The notes: generated by a model not told the origin, from the letters alone. A DNA stretch of 64,000 nucleotides from an uncultured Bacteroidia bacterium (GCA_964343195.1 CAYFIR010000007.1:14696-78695); one strand, 5' to 3'; positions 35,364 through 45,465 are shown, counted from the first letter of the stretch. Numbers and translations are program-made.

Positions 35364-36242
35364 CTAAGCCCCTGGGGCCGCAATCCCTGACTCCAGTCCA
35401 CCGATATGCTGTCGGTGCGGTACCCCTATTTTGATTCCCTTTTCTACCAACCTCTGGTGCCAGATGACCCGGAGATCAGAAGCCATGGTGAATGTTTCTG
35501 CCAGATCTCCCCAAAGATACACCCTCAATATCACCCCGTTGTCACTGTATCGGATCGCTCGGATATTTACGGGTGGGATTCCTTCCTTAACCTCCTCAGG
35601 AGACCGTACATCATGATAGGCGGGATGATCTTTGGCACAAGCCGTTATAATCTCTATCGCCAGATTCAAATCTGAAAGGTAGCTGATGGGAATTTCTACA
35701 AAGCGGCAAATCAGGGAGCCCTGAAGATCGCTGTTGACAATGGTCTCTGTACTGATGACCGAGTTGGGAATGATAATAGACTTTTTCTCCCAGTCGCGGA
35801 TAACAGTGTGCCGAAGGGTAATATCTTCTACCACCCCTTCATAATTCTGACCGATGGCAATCCGATCCCCGACCCTGAAGGGCCGAAAAATAACGATGAA
35901 CAGCCCTCCAACCAGATTGGCGAAAGCAGCCTGCGAGGCAAAGGCGGCGATTGCTGCTACCACTCCTGCCCCGATGGTCAGGGTCTCGGCCAATGTACGT
36001 AAAGCAGGTATGGTATAAATCACAGCGATCGTAGCCACGATCAGGAAAAACAGGGAAACCGCATTCTTTAAAAAGCTAACTGCTGTAGCGCTACTGGGAT
36101 CATTTTCATACACCCGCTCCAGGTACCGTCGTAACAGAAAATGGCTCAGCCTGGCCAATAACCATGATCCAAGGATGATCAGCAGAATGGAAATGGGAAT
36201 CTGATAGCTTTCCCAAAAGGCGATGACGCCGGGTAGATTCAT
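35364..36242 (-). CDS. MscS-family mechanosensitive channel
   Basis: Three TM helices, then 'IVIFRPFRVGDRIAIGQNYEGVVEDITLRHTVIRDWEKKSIIIPNSVIS', the conserved MscS beta-domain. Confidence 0.8.
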   Translation of the reverse strand: MNLPGVIAFWESYQIPISILLIILGSWLLARLSHFLLRRYLERVYENDPSSATAVSFLKNAVSLFFLIVATIAVIYTIPALRTLAETLTIGAGVVAAIAAFASQAAFANLVGGLFIVIFRPFRVGDRIAIGQNYEGVVEDITLRHTVIRDWEKKSIIIPNSVISTETIVNSDLQGSLICRFVEIPISYLSDLNLAIEIITACAKDHPAYHDVRSPEEVKEGIPPVNIRAIRYSDNGVILRVYLWGDLAETFTMASDLRVIWHQRLVEKGIKIGVPHRQHIGGLESGIAAPGA

Positions 36243-36266
36243 ATGGGTGAAAATGACGTTTTCCTA

Positions 36267-37580
36267 TTATACGGAAATAGGTTCACGGTGGATAGCAACC
36301 TGCATCAGCCCCTGACCATTCACCTGAAGCAACTTACATGGCACAATGCAGTTTACCAGCTCTGCATCATAGGGAGCAATGACCTTGATGTAGTTGTCTG
36401 TAAAGCCCAGCATGTGACCGTCCTGTGGCTCTGCTTCAAATAGAACGGGCCGGATATCCCCAACAAAGCGGTCATAGAATACCTGTCGCTTCTTATCAGA
36501 AAGCATCCTTAACCGCTTGGTGCGCTCAGTCCGTTTCGAAGGAGGCACTACGCCGTCCAGCTCAATGGCATGGGTATTTTCACGCTCTGAATAGGTGAAT
36601 ACGTGGAAATAGGAAACCTCCAGATCGGCCAGGAACTGATAAGTGTCTTCGAAGTGGGCATCCGACTCACCAGGATGTCCGGTTATGACATCCACTCCAA
36701 TCGACGCATCAGGCATTACTTTACGGATGTGCGCTACTCTATCTGCATAAAGCCCGCGACGGTAACGTCTTCGCATAATCGCCAGCATTTCGTCATTCCC
36801 ACTTTGAAGAGGCATATGAAAATGCGGCATGAAACGCTGAGACCCAGCGACAAAGTCTATGATCTTATCGTGGGTTAGATTTGGTTCGATGGAACTGATC
36901 CGAAAACGAGATATGTTCTCCACCTCATCCAAAGCCTGGATGACATCCAGGAAACTGTGGTCGTCCTCTATGCCCTTGCCATAATCTCCGATGTTGACCC
37001 CCGTCAACACGACTTCCTTCACTCCCGACTCCCCTATGGCCCGAGCATTTTGAACGATGTTTTCCAGTCTATCGCTGCGGCTTCGCCCTCTTGCCAGGGG
37101 GATCGTACAAAAGCTACACTTATAGTCACAGCCATCCTGAATCTTCAGGAAAGAGCGGGTTCGATCTCCAACCGAGTATGCATGGACGAAGTCCTGGACC
37201 TCTGAAATCTGGCCATTGTAGACGCAGGAATTGTCTTCCTTTTCAAAATCCTGTACCAGATCAAAAATCCGGAATTTATCATTGGCCCCTAACACCATAT
37301 CGACACCTGGGATCTCTGCGATCTCCTGGGGTTTGAGTTGGGCGTAGCACCCTACCACGATGACATACCCATCGGGATTAGCGCGCTGGGCTCGTCGGAT
37401 GATATTCCGACATTTTTTATTAGCCTGCTCTGTAACCGAGCAGGTATTGACGACATACACGTCGGCTGCTTCGTCAAACTCTACCTTGGAGAAACCCTGT
37501 GATAGAAACTGACGGCCAATCGCTGATGTCTCTGAAAAATTCAGTTTACATCCGAGGGTATAAAATGCCACTCTTCTCAT
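36267..37580 (-). CDS. mtaB: MiaB-like radical-SAM tRNA methylthiotransferase (MtaB-type)
   Basis: 'RVAFYTLGCKLNFSETSAIG' (MTTase N-terminus), 'VVNTCSVTE', radical-SAM 'CDYKCSFCTIP', and a TRAM-like C-terminus. The start was trimmed to M57 of the ORF. Confidence 0.8.
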   Translation of the reverse strand: MRRVAFYTLGCKLNFSETSAIGRQFLSQGFSKVEFDEAADVYVVNTCSVTEQANKKCRNIIRRAQRANPDGYVIVVGCYAQLKPQEIAEIPGVDMVLGANDKFRIFDLVQDFEKEDNSCVYNGQISEVQDFVHAYSVGDRTRSFLKIQDGCDYKCSFCTIPLARGRSRSDRLENIVQNARAIGESGVKEVVLTGVNIGDYGKGIEDDHSFLDVIQALDEVENISRFRISSIEPNLTHDKIIDFVAGSQRFMPHFHMPLQSGNDEMLAIMRRRYRRGLYADRVAHIRKVMPDASIGVDVITGHPGESDAHFEDTYQFLADLEVSYFHVFTYSERENTHAIELDGVVPPSKRTERTKRLRMLSDKKRQVFYDRFVGDIRPVLFEAEPQDGHMLGFTDNYIKVIAPYDAELVNCIVPCKLLQVNGQGLMQVAIHREPISV

Positions 37581-37602
37581 GCCACTCTCCTCTAAAATCC
37601 TG

Positions 37603-37905
37603 CTAGTCAAGGTAGTTATTGACAGACCGATGATCCAGGGCAGTCTGAAGTTCTTCCTGCTTGCGGCCCTTACGCACCTTATAATACCAGATTCCTCCAA
37701 CCAAAATCGGTAGAAAAACCGGGAGTGCCAGCAGGTACAGGACTCCAAAATTCAGGTCCTGCCCGAAAAACAGATTGCCTTCATCATCCGCCGAACTGGC
37801 AGCCGCCTTACACTGAGAACATTGCGCCATCAGGTCATTTCCCAGCATCCAAATCATCAAGATGCTGGTTATGATCCAAATTATTGATTTCCTCAACTGC
37901 TCCAT
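37603..37905 (-). CDS. Small membrane protein, hypothetical
   Basis: Two hydrophobic helices and a Cys pair 'CSQCKAAASS'. No family recognised. Confidence 0.3.
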   Translation of the reverse strand: MEQLRKSIIWIITSILMIWMLGNDLMAQCSQCKAAASSADDEGNLFFGQDLNFGVLYLLALPVFLPILVGGIWYYKVRKGRKQEELQTALDHRSVNNYLD

Positions 37906-38061
37906 ACCCTTCAGTTACGATTCTTATGTGTCACCGATGCACCGAGTTGCAAAACTAGTGCTGGTGGAATTAAATAATTGGCCATTCGCAATTCGTACAA
38001 AATGCTCACCAGCAACACTTTCAATTACGAATTACTGATAACGAATTTCGAATTCTTTCCA

Positions 38062-38625
38062 CTAATAGCATCCGGAGTTAAAAATCACCACTAATACCCC
38101 AGTTACAGAAATATAGAGCCAAAGTGGGAAAGTGATCCGGGCAAGCTTACGGTGGCGATCAAAGGTCTCATTCAACGCTCTGAAGATCGAAAATGATGCT
38201 AATGGAACGATGAACACCGATAGAAATATATGGGTGGCCAGTACGATATAATAGACGGTGGATGGGACCAGGTTATTTTCACAGTAAGGTACATGCCCTA
38301 CCACAATGTGATACGTCACATATGTGATTAGAAACAATGCTGAGAGGGCAAAGGCACCAATCATCATTACCTGGTGCTGCCGTCTCTTTCCCTGCTTGAT
38401 AAAAGCCAAACCCAAAATCAGGCAAATCGACACAAGGCTGTTGATGGTTGCATTTACGTACGGGAGGTTGCGGGCCATGCTCACCAGATCAGGATTGAAC
38501 TCCGGGAGTATCTCCTCCATCCTGGGATTTAACAATATCCCTACAGCAACAGGTATCACAATCGATACTACCCATATCCATGGGATATATTTTTTGCTGT
38601 TAAGCTTTCCTTGAACTTCTGCCAC
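38062..38625 (-). CDS. DUF420 membrane protein, the last gene of the cox cluster
   Basis: About four TM helices. The size and position, at the distal end of the cox gene cluster, fit DUF420. Confidence 0.5.
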   Translation of the reverse strand: MAEVQGKLNSKKYIPWIWVVSIVIPVAVGILLNPRMEEILPEFNPDLVSMARNLPYVNATINSLVSICLILGLAFIKQGKRRQHQVMMIGAFALSALFLITYVTYHIVVGHVPYCENNLVPSTVYYIVLATHIFLSVFIVPLASFSIFRALNETFDRHRKLARITFPLWLYISVTGVLVVIFNSGCY

Positions 38626-38643
38626 GTTAATCTTCTTTCAATA

Positions 38644-39336
38644 TTATTCAGCTCTCATTCGATTGATTTCCTCTGGATAATCTATTCGAAGAAGAGTAAT
38701 CAAATCCTCCTGAATGCCCCGTTCTTCCTGCAGATCAGTTGCCACATAGTACTTTCTCACACGTCCCTCCATATCGATCAATGCTGCTCGCTGTGAAGTA
38801 AAAGGCTGAAAACCAGGGGTTGCATGGGTAAATTCCGGGAGTCTGAGTCCCTTCCCTCCAAGCCGTATGACATCTTCCTGATTCCCTCCCAGGAACCACC
38901 AGTGCTCGGGCTCTGATTCCTGCCTCGCAGCAAAGGCACGTACAACAGCGAGAGAATCACCGGTATTCACCGAAACAAACAGGAAGGGGGGATCTTTTTC
39001 CCAGTCTACATTCTCGTAAGTCCGCATCAGGTTGCCAAACAAAACTTTGGTTTTGGTTTGGCTCAACGAATCACCATCCACTGAGAAAAAGCTCATGAGC
39101 ACAATTTTTCCCTGCAGATCATCCTGGGTTATGGTTTCTCCTTTGGTATTGATAAAGGAGAAGACGGGGAGGGTGTGGACCACCGTATCCCCGTCTTGAA
39201 TATCGTATTGAAATGGGACCCCTTCAAACTCCTGCTTGGTTCCCAAATAGATAAATGCCAGTAAGGCCAATGGGAGCACAAGTGCTATTAGCAGAATTGG
39301 TCGGGTCAGGGAGCTTCTTTCTTGTTCAGCCATCAA
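38644..39336 (-). CDS. SCO1/SenC-like thioredoxin-fold protein lacking the CxxxC copper-binding motif
   Basis: N-terminal TM anchor. 'DLQGKIVLMSFFSVDGDSLSQTKTKVL' aligns with SCO 'GK..lv.FGFThCPDVCP', but both Cys are absent. 'FLFVSVNTGDS' resembles 'fItvDPeRDt'. 'FTHATP' is at the conserved His position. Confidence 0.55.
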   Translation of the reverse strand: MMAEQERSSLTRPILLIALVLPLALLAFIYLGTKQEFEGVPFQYDIQDGDTVVHTLPVFSFINTKGETITQDDLQGKIVLMSFFSVDGDSLSQTKTKVLFGNLMRTYENVDWEKDPPFLFVSVNTGDSLAVVRAFAARQESEPEHWWFLGGNQEDVIRLGGKGLRLPEFTHATPGFQPFTSQRAALIDMEGRVRKYYVATDLQEERGIQEDLITLLRIDYPEEINRMRAE

Positions 39337-39341
39337 TTGAG

Positions 39342-39752
39342 TTAAGCCAGCGTTTCAACATATGCCTCTGAAGAACTATCAGGTGCCTGGGTTTGTTTGC
39401 CCCAATAATCACCTTCGACCAATAGTCCGATAATCAGCCAGACAACGAACAGAAATGGAATCAGGATTGTAAAGGCCATCCGCTTTACTTCGTGCTTGAG
39501 GTGCATAAACTCAGCCACAATATAGAAGGCTTTGAAGATGGTAAGTACAATGAATGTAACGATCACAATCATCTGGGAGGCGGCAGGGCTGATGCCAAAC
39601 CAGTCTGGGTAGTATGCCTTGGTAAAAGCAATCAGGAATTCGAATGCTGTAAGGCCAGACAGAATCCAGAATGTACGAAGTATTGCTTTGCGTGCTTCTA
39701 ATCCTTCAGCAGCCATAGGAATATTTTTTAGGAGGTGGTATATGAAGGGCAA
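39342..39752 (-). CDS. Cytochrome c oxidase subunit IV (prokaryotic CoxD-like small subunit)
   Basis: Three TM helices. An 'EFMHLK' motif and a position between coxC and sco typical of bacterial subunit IV. Confidence 0.55.
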   Translation of the reverse strand: MPFIYHLLKNIPMAAEGLEARKAILRTFWILSGLTAFEFLIAFTKAYYPDWFGISPAASQMIVIVTFIVLTIFKAFYIVAEFMHLKHEVKRMAFTILIPFLFVVWLIIGLLVEGDYWGKQTQAPDSSSEAYVETLA

Positions 39753-39790
39753 CAGATGTTACGGTTACCCTTTATGTGGGGAATTGAGCT

Positions 39791-40888
39791 CTAGATAAGG
39801 TAGAAAAAGGTAAATACGAATACCCATACCAGGTCAACGAAGTGCCAGTATAGACCGATCTTTTCAGTCATTTCATAATGACCTCGGCGCTCGTAGGTTC
39901 CCTTGATGACATTGATCAGCAGGATAACGAGTAGCAGAACTCCTGAAAATACGTGTGTTCCGTGGAATCCTGTAACGAAGAAGAACAGACCTGCAAAGTC
40001 GGCCGGACCATACTGATTGGCACGCAGGCCAGAACCACCTTCGGTTACCTTCGCGTCCTCAAGCAGAACTTTGCGACGGGCAGGATCACTAATCTGGTAT
40101 CCGTTTGAAAGTCGAATGGCAAGCACCTCGCCATCTTCGCTATATACTTTAAACGCCTTTACAGCCAGGTTTTCCTCCAGATTGGGAACTCCCAGTTTCT
40201 CAGCTTCTTCGGCAGACAGTTTGTAAGTACCCGCATGAGTATGGTGCCCCTCTTCCATGATTTCTTCAATCATGGTCTCCTGCTCGATTACATCACCGTT
40301 AAAAGTGGTAAAGCTACTCACGGCATGATGATCGCCATGGTCTCCATGTCCATCACCGTGATCGGCAGGCCAAAATTCTACCATGGCCAGGTCATCTACT
40401 CCGGGAGCTCGCATTTCCTCCAGCTTCTCAGCAGAGACCATCAGCCCCCCGTCAGGAGTACCGGAAATAAAGTGATACCACTCATAAGCCTGACATCCCA
40501 GGAAGGCAGCCCCTCCTACAATTGTCCAGATAACCCACTTTTTCACTTCCTCCTTGGATTTACGATGACCTGCCTCTACAGCCAGTACCATTGCTACACT
40601 GGAAAGAATCAGGATAAAGGTCATCAGGCCCACAAAGACCAACGGAGCCTCAATGTGAAAAACCTCATACAGAATAGGTGCGTGGGTAAAAACATCCTCA
40701 GGATTTGCCCAGGCAAAACCATTGGATACTGCTCTAACTCGTAACGCCCCATATGCAATCAAGAGGGCGGAGAAAGTAAAGGCATCGGACACCAGGAAAA
40801 ACCACATCATCAGCTTGCCGTAGCTCGCTTTGTACATGGGGCGCTCGCCTTCAATAAGAGCTTTTGGATCTACTGCAGAATCTGCCAT
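39791..40888 (-). CDS. coxC: Cytochrome c oxidase subunit III with a ~150-aa hydrophilic insertion
   Basis: C-terminal 'HGTHVFSGVLLLVILLIN...YWHFVDLVWVFVFTFFYLI' (subunit III signature). The internal soluble segment contains 'DHGDGHGDHGDHH'. Confidence 0.8.
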   Translation of the reverse strand: MADSAVDPKALIEGERPMYKASYGKLMMWFFLVSDAFTFSALLIAYGALRVRAVSNGFAWANPEDVFTHAPILYEVFHIEAPLVFVGLMTFILILSSVAMVLAVEAGHRKSKEEVKKWVIWTIVGGAAFLGCQAYEWYHFISGTPDGGLMVSAEKLEEMRAPGVDDLAMVEFWPADHGDGHGDHGDHHAVSSFTTFNGDVIEQETMIEEIMEEGHHTHAGTYKLSAEEAEKLGVPNLEENLAVKAFKVYSEDGEVLAIRLSNGYQISDPARRKVLLEDAKVTEGGSGLRANQYGPADFAGLFFFVTGFHGTHVFSGVLLLVILLINVIKGTYERRGHYEMTEKIGLYWHFVDLVWVFVFTFFYLI

Positions 40889-40975
40889 GAATATCGTAGG
40901 GTTACGGGATTGTAGTATTCGCCAAATTTAATACAACAGCCCAATTTGACCAACCTCAAAGCACAATTTGAGGCA

Positions 40976-41575
40976 TTAAGCATAAGTAAGAAATAGAAAC
41001 AGGTACAACCAGAGCAGTCCCAGGAAGTGCCAGAAGGTAGCGGTCATTTCAAATACCACCCTTCTTCGACCGGCCCCAAAACTATCCGTTGCCAGCTGCC
41101 AAAACGTGCTGAACACAGCAAGAATGGCAGCTACAATATGTAAGCCGTGAACGCCTGCAATCACATAAAAGAATGAAATGCTATTGTCCAGACGTCGGTC
41201 ATCAACAAATGGAAGGCCTGATTGGGTCATCGCCACAAAGGCGTCCCACTGACCATAAAGGAAAGCTCCACCCAGAACCAGGGTAGTTCCCAGCCCCAGT
41301 AGAGCCTGGGATTTCTGGCCTCGCTTATTGCTCCAGACCGAATATTGCATGGTGATACTGCTCACAATCATTACAACCAGGTAATACCACATGAAATCCG
41401 GAAGCTGAAAAAATATTCGGCTTGCCTCTGGAACGGCCCCTCTCTGAACGATGTAGGCACTCGTAAACCCTCCAAAAATCATGATGACCGTCAGTATGAA
41501 CAGCCATAAGCCAAATTTTTGGGGATGAACGATATAATTATTTTCTCTTGGAGTAGTCAAATCTATTGTACTCAT
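40976..41575 (-). CDS. Cytochrome c oxidase subunit III-family protein (second, short paralog)
   Basis: 'GVHGLHIVAAILAVF' and 'FWHFLGLLWLYLF' (Cox3-family motifs). 199 aa. Confidence 0.7.
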   Translation of the reverse strand: MSTIDLTTPRENNYIVHPQKFGLWLFILTVIMIFGGFTSAYIVQRGAVPEASRIFFQLPDFMWYYLVVMIVSSITMQYSVWSNKRGQKSQALLGLGTTLVLGGAFLYGQWDAFVAMTQSGLPFVDDRRLDNSISFFYVIAGVHGLHIVAAILAVFSTFWQLATDSFGAGRRRVVFEMTATFWHFLGLLWLYLFLFLTYA

Positions 41576-41614
41576 GGATGAAAAATCTTTTCTAATGACT
41601 TACCAATAGCCTTG

Positions 41615-42508
41615 CTAGTTTCCTAGCAAAAATACAATCTGAATTGCTGGAAGGTACAGAAACGAAGTAAACATCAAACGTTTTGCGTGGTCCTGCCCAA
41701 GTGTCCTGAAAAGCCCAATGGCTGGAATCGCAAATGCTGCCCCCAGCACACCCAACAGGATAGCCGCCCATCCCTGCACCAGTCCTTCATGCCAAGGGAA
41801 ATAAGCCAGTGGAATAAGGCAAAGGGTATAAAGTAAAATCAGGCGGGCACTACTTTTGGATCGACCGCTGGAAGTTGGGAGCATTTTAAATCCTGCCCGT
41901 TGATAATCTTCATCCAGGCGCCAGGCAATCGCCCAAAAGTGAGGAAACTGCCAGAAAAACTGGAAGGCAAACAGAATCATTCCTCCTGTATCAATCGCTC
42001 CGGTCACCGCAACCCAGCCAATAAGTGGAGGAAGGCTACCAGGAATCGCCCCCACAAATACCGAAAAAGGCGATACCTGCTTCATCGGGGTATAAACAAA
42101 TGCATATGAAATCAGGCCAATCACTCCCAGTAGGGTCGCCGCCAGGTTGAAATGCCACCCCAGAAGGGTTAAACCTGCGATTGCTACGGCAATGGCAAAG
42201 AACAGCGCCTCATTGTTTGAGAGACGTTCTTCAGGCATCGGGCGACTTGCGGTACGCTTCATCTTGAGATCGTGCTCTTTCTCGAAGATTTGATTAAGCG
42301 CATTACTCGCTCCGGTAATCATTAGTCCGCCGATGCCCATATACACCAGGCTCATCCATTGGAATGAGCTTCCAGCAGCCATGGCATACCCAAACATAGC
42401 CGAAAGGGCTACCAGCATGGACAACTTGAGTTTGAGCAACTGAATTAAGGACTTGCTCTTATCCAGTGTGCGGCTCAGACTGCTCTGTATTTCCTGACTC
42501 CTAATCAT
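41615..42508 (-). CDS. ctaB: Protoheme IX farnesyltransferase (heme O synthase)
   Basis: UbiA-family polytopic protein, 297 aa, adjacent to ctaA. Acidic motif 'NQIFEKEHDLKMKRTASRP', like the NxxxDxxxD region of CyoE/CtaB. Confidence 0.8.
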   Translation of the reverse strand: MIRSQEIQSSLSRTLDKSKSLIQLLKLKLSMLVALSAMFGYAMAAGSSFQWMSLVYMGIGGLMITGASNALNQIFEKEHDLKMKRTASRPMPEERLSNNEALFFAIAVAIAGLTLLGWHFNLAATLLGVIGLISYAFVYTPMKQVSPFSVFVGAIPGSLPPLIGWVAVTGAIDTGGMILFAFQFFWQFPHFWAIAWRLDEDYQRAGFKMLPTSSGRSKSSARLILLYTLCLIPLAYFPWHEGLVQGWAAILLGVLGAAFAIPAIGLFRTLGQDHAKRLMFTSFLYLPAIQIVFLLGN

Positions 42509-43523
42509 GCGTCATCATCAAATTGGGTGACTTTGAAAGGCTGCGGGTCATCCACAGTAGCGTGGTTAAACCTGTACTCCCGGTGAAAAGCAATGTTGCC
42601 AGAAGCAAATGGGCAGGCTGCATCCAGGCAGGGATGTCTGTATAGTGCATTCCCAAACCCAACATTACCTCCAGTCCAACGGCCATCCAAAGTCCAACAT
42701 AAAAATATTTCAGGCTTCTCCAGTTCGAAAACGCCGAACGCAATTTCATTCCTAATCCGATCAGAGCACCTACTATCGCATAGTAAAATACACGATGAAT
42801 GCTGTACACCTGCCCTAATTCCCCGATCCAAAACTCACGAGTACCTTCCCCCAGGTTCTTTGCAATCAAATCAATCTCCTCTCGGACCTGGGTTCCCAGC
42901 ACAATCTGAATCAAGACCAACGCCGTCAGTGCAATTCCCCAACCCATCCCGACCGGGACATCTCTGTCCTTGACCTGAGCGATCACCCGATTGTCATAGG
43001 ACCTGATCATGGCCAGGAGAAAGAATGCCAGAGCCCCAAGTGCCAGGATCATGTGCAGGGTGACGACCCCCTCATGTAAATCCGTCCGGACGACATATGC
43101 CCCTACTCCCCCTACGACCAATACTGCCAACAGCCCTCCTAAACTTAGCCAGAACACCCTTGGAAAGGTTTTCCTGATTGGGACAGATGCGACAACGGTT
43201 CCAACCGAAAACAACCCTATCAACACCCCCAATAGCCGATTGATATACTCTACCCAGGTTTTGAAGGCATCAAAATCAGCAATCTCTTTTCCCGCTACCG
43301 CAAATCGGGTCTTGTAATCTGCAGGCAATTGGGAGATATCGGTTGGAGGGACCAGTTTCCCAAAACAGGTAGGCCAGTCCGGACACCCCATTCCCGAGCC
43401 TGTCATTCGGACTACAGCTCCTACCAAAATAAGGAATATGACGGCACCCACCGTGGTGCCCGCGATAATGCGGTAGCGCCTAACAGCGGGTGCCTCCTTG
43501 TAACTATGTTGCTTTGTATCCAA
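42501..43523 (-). CDS. ctaA: Heme A synthase (COX15/CtaA)
   Basis: 'RMTGSGMGCPDWPTCFG', the CtaA signature. Eight TM helices with His-containing segments. Confidence 0.9.
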   Translation of the reverse strand: MDTKQHSYKEAPAVRRYRIIAGTTVGAVIFLILVGAVVRMTGSGMGCPDWPTCFGKLVPPTDISQLPADYKTRFAVAGKEIADFDAFKTWVEYINRLLGVLIGLFSVGTVVASVPIRKTFPRVFWLSLGGLLAVLVVGGVGAYVVRTDLHEGVVTLHMILALGALAFFLLAMIRSYDNRVIAQVKDRDVPVGMGWGIALTALVLIQIVLGTQVREEIDLIAKNLGEGTREFWIGELGQVYSIHRVFYYAIVGALIGLGMKLRSAFSNWRSLKYFYVGLWMAVGLEVMLGLGMHYTDIPAWMQPAHLLLATLLFTGSTGLTTLLWMTRSLSKSPNLMMTHD

Positions 43524-43531
43524 GTCTGGCT

Positions 43532-45421
43532 TTACTCCTCAGCTTGCTTCGTCTCCTCATTCTCCACCTTTGCCGGCTGCTCACGCTGTGGAACTACAGC
43601 TGGACGAGGGAATCCTTCTTCATACTCTACCTCTTCATCCGGAATATGTTGAGGAAGGTAATCCTTCTTGATTCCAGGCTTACTGTAGTCATATGGCCAG
43701 CGGTATACAGCAGGAATATCTCCGGGCCAGTTTCCGTGACCAGGCTTGAGAGGAGTAGTCCACTCGAGAGTGTTGGACTCCCATGGATTGAGCGTCGCTT
43801 CTTTACCCCTGAAAATACTGTAGAAGAAGTTGTACAGGAAGATTACCTGTGCCGCCGCACCAATGATCGCTGCGAAGGTGATGAAGACACTCAGATCCCC
43901 AAACACGCCCATGAAATCAAACGCTGTGTATTGGTAATAGTGACGAGCGACCCCACCGAGCCCCATAAAGTGCATCGGGAAGAATACACAGTAGAGCGAT
44001 ACGAAGGTAAACCAGAAGTGAATGTATCCCAGGCGAGGGTTCATCATGCGTCCAAACATCTTTGGGAACCACTGGTACACACCAGCGAAGAAACCAAATG
44101 CGGAGGCACTCCCCATTACCAGGTGAAAGTGAGCCGTAACGAAGTAGGTATCGTGGAGCGGAATATCCAGAGCTGCATTTCCCAGCAGGATACCCGTAAT
44201 ACCACCTGTAATGAACAGCGATACCAGGCCTATGGCAAACAGCATGGCCGTTGTAAACCGGATATTGCCCTTCCAGAGGGTCGTGATGTAGTTGAAGGCT
44301 TTAATAGCCGACGGAACTGCGATGACCAGGGTAAACAGCATGAAGACTGTACCCAGGAATGGATTCATGCCCGTTACAAACATGTGGTGAGCCCACACGA
44401 TGAAAGACAGGAATGCGATCCCCACCATGGACCCAACCATTGCCTTGTATCCGAAAATCGGCTTACGTGCGTGCACGGAGATAACCTCGGATGAAATACC
44501 AAGGGCAGGAAGGAGTACGATGTATACCTCAGGGTGTCCAAGGAACCAGAACAGGTGCTGGAACAGGATTGGGCTACCGCCCTGATAGTGAAGCAATTCA
44601 CCCCCGATAAAGATGTCAGAAAGGTAAAAGCTCGTTCCCAGCAGACGGTCGAAGATGAGTAGAAGGGCTGCGGAGAACAACACGGGGAAGGATAGTACCC
44701 CGATGATTGCAGTCAGGAAGAAAGCCCAGATCGTCAGCGGAAGACGATCAAATGACATTCCCTTTGTCCGCAGGTTCATCACCGTCGTAATGTAGTTGAT
44801 ACCTCCCATCAGGGAGGATGCAATGAACAGGGCCATTGCAAACAGCCATAGGGTCATACCCAATCCGGAACCTGGCATTGCCTGAGGCAGTGCACTCAAA
44901 GGAGGGTAGATCGTCCATCCCCCACCAGCAGGGCCGGTCGAGATGAAGAGGGAAACAATCATGATTACCGAACTGGTAAAGAAGAACCAGTAGGAAAGCA
45001 TGTTGATGAACCCGGAAGCCATGTCTCGTGCACCGATCTGAAGGGGAATAAGAAAGTTACTGAAAGTACCACTCAGACCAGCTGTAAGCACGAAGAATAC
45101 CATAAAGGTACCGTGCATGGTTACCAGAGAAAGGTAAAAGTTGGGATCAAGTTTTCCTCCCGGTGCCCACTTACCCAGCAGGGATTCCAGGAAGGGAAAG
45201 GATGTTTCAGGAAATGCCAGTTGGAGACGGAAAATGGTAGACATCAAAATGCCAAAAATGGCCATGATGATACCCGTTACCAGAAACTGCTTGGCAATAA
45301 CCTTGTGGTCAGTGCTAAAAATGTATTTTGAAACAAAACTCCCATGATGATCATGGTGGCCGTGGTCATCGTGGTGATGACCATGGTCCTGTTGCAAAGC
45401 GTGTGTTGTAGATTCAGCCAT
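43532..45421 (-). CDS. ctaD: Cytochrome c oxidase subunit I with a His-rich N-terminus
   Basis: 'WFLGHPEVYI', 'HHMFVTG' and 'GGELLHYQ', the heme-copper oxidase subunit I signatures. N-terminal 'HGHHHDDHGHHDHHG'. Confidence 0.95.
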   Translation of the reverse strand: MAESTTHALQQDHGHHHDDHGHHDHHGSFVSKYIFSTDHKVIAKQFLVTGIIMAIFGILMSTIFRLQLAFPETSFPFLESLLGKWAPGGKLDPNFYLSLVTMHGTFMVFFVLTAGLSGTFSNFLIPLQIGARDMASGFINMLSYWFFFTSSVIMIVSLFISTGPAGGGWTIYPPLSALPQAMPGSGLGMTLWLFAMALFIASSLMGGINYITTVMNLRTKGMSFDRLPLTIWAFFLTAIIGVLSFPVLFSAALLLIFDRLLGTSFYLSDIFIGGELLHYQGGSPILFQHLFWFLGHPEVYIVLLPALGISSEVISVHARKPIFGYKAMVGSMVGIAFLSFIVWAHHMFVTGMNPFLGTVFMLFTLVIAVPSAIKAFNYITTLWKGNIRFTTAMLFAIGLVSLFITGGITGILLGNAALDIPLHDTYFVTAHFHLVMGSASAFGFFAGVYQWFPKMFGRMMNPRLGYIHFWFTFVSLYCVFFPMHFMGLGGVARHYYQYTAFDFMGVFGDLSVFITFAAIIGAAAQVIFLYNFFYSIFRGKEATLNPWESNTLEWTTPLKPGHGNWPGDIPAVYRWPYDYSKPGIKKDYLPQHIPDEEVEYEEGFPRPAVVPQREQPAKVENEETKQAEE

Positions 45422-45465
45422 TCTTGGTCAGATTGATTATCCGCGTCCAGTAGTAATTAGGTATT

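Noticed and set aside
35352-35375. Short GC hairpin 'aggggcctaagcccct' between the convergent argF' and MscS genes
   Set aside because: The stem is only ~5-6 bp and overlaps the MscS 3' coding end. This is insufficient for a confident terminator call.
37581-37748. 56-codon N-terminal extension of the MtaB ORF
   Set aside because: The methylthiotransferase family starts at 'MRRVAFYTLGCK'. The upstream codons are Trp/Cys/Arg-rich and not conserved-looking.
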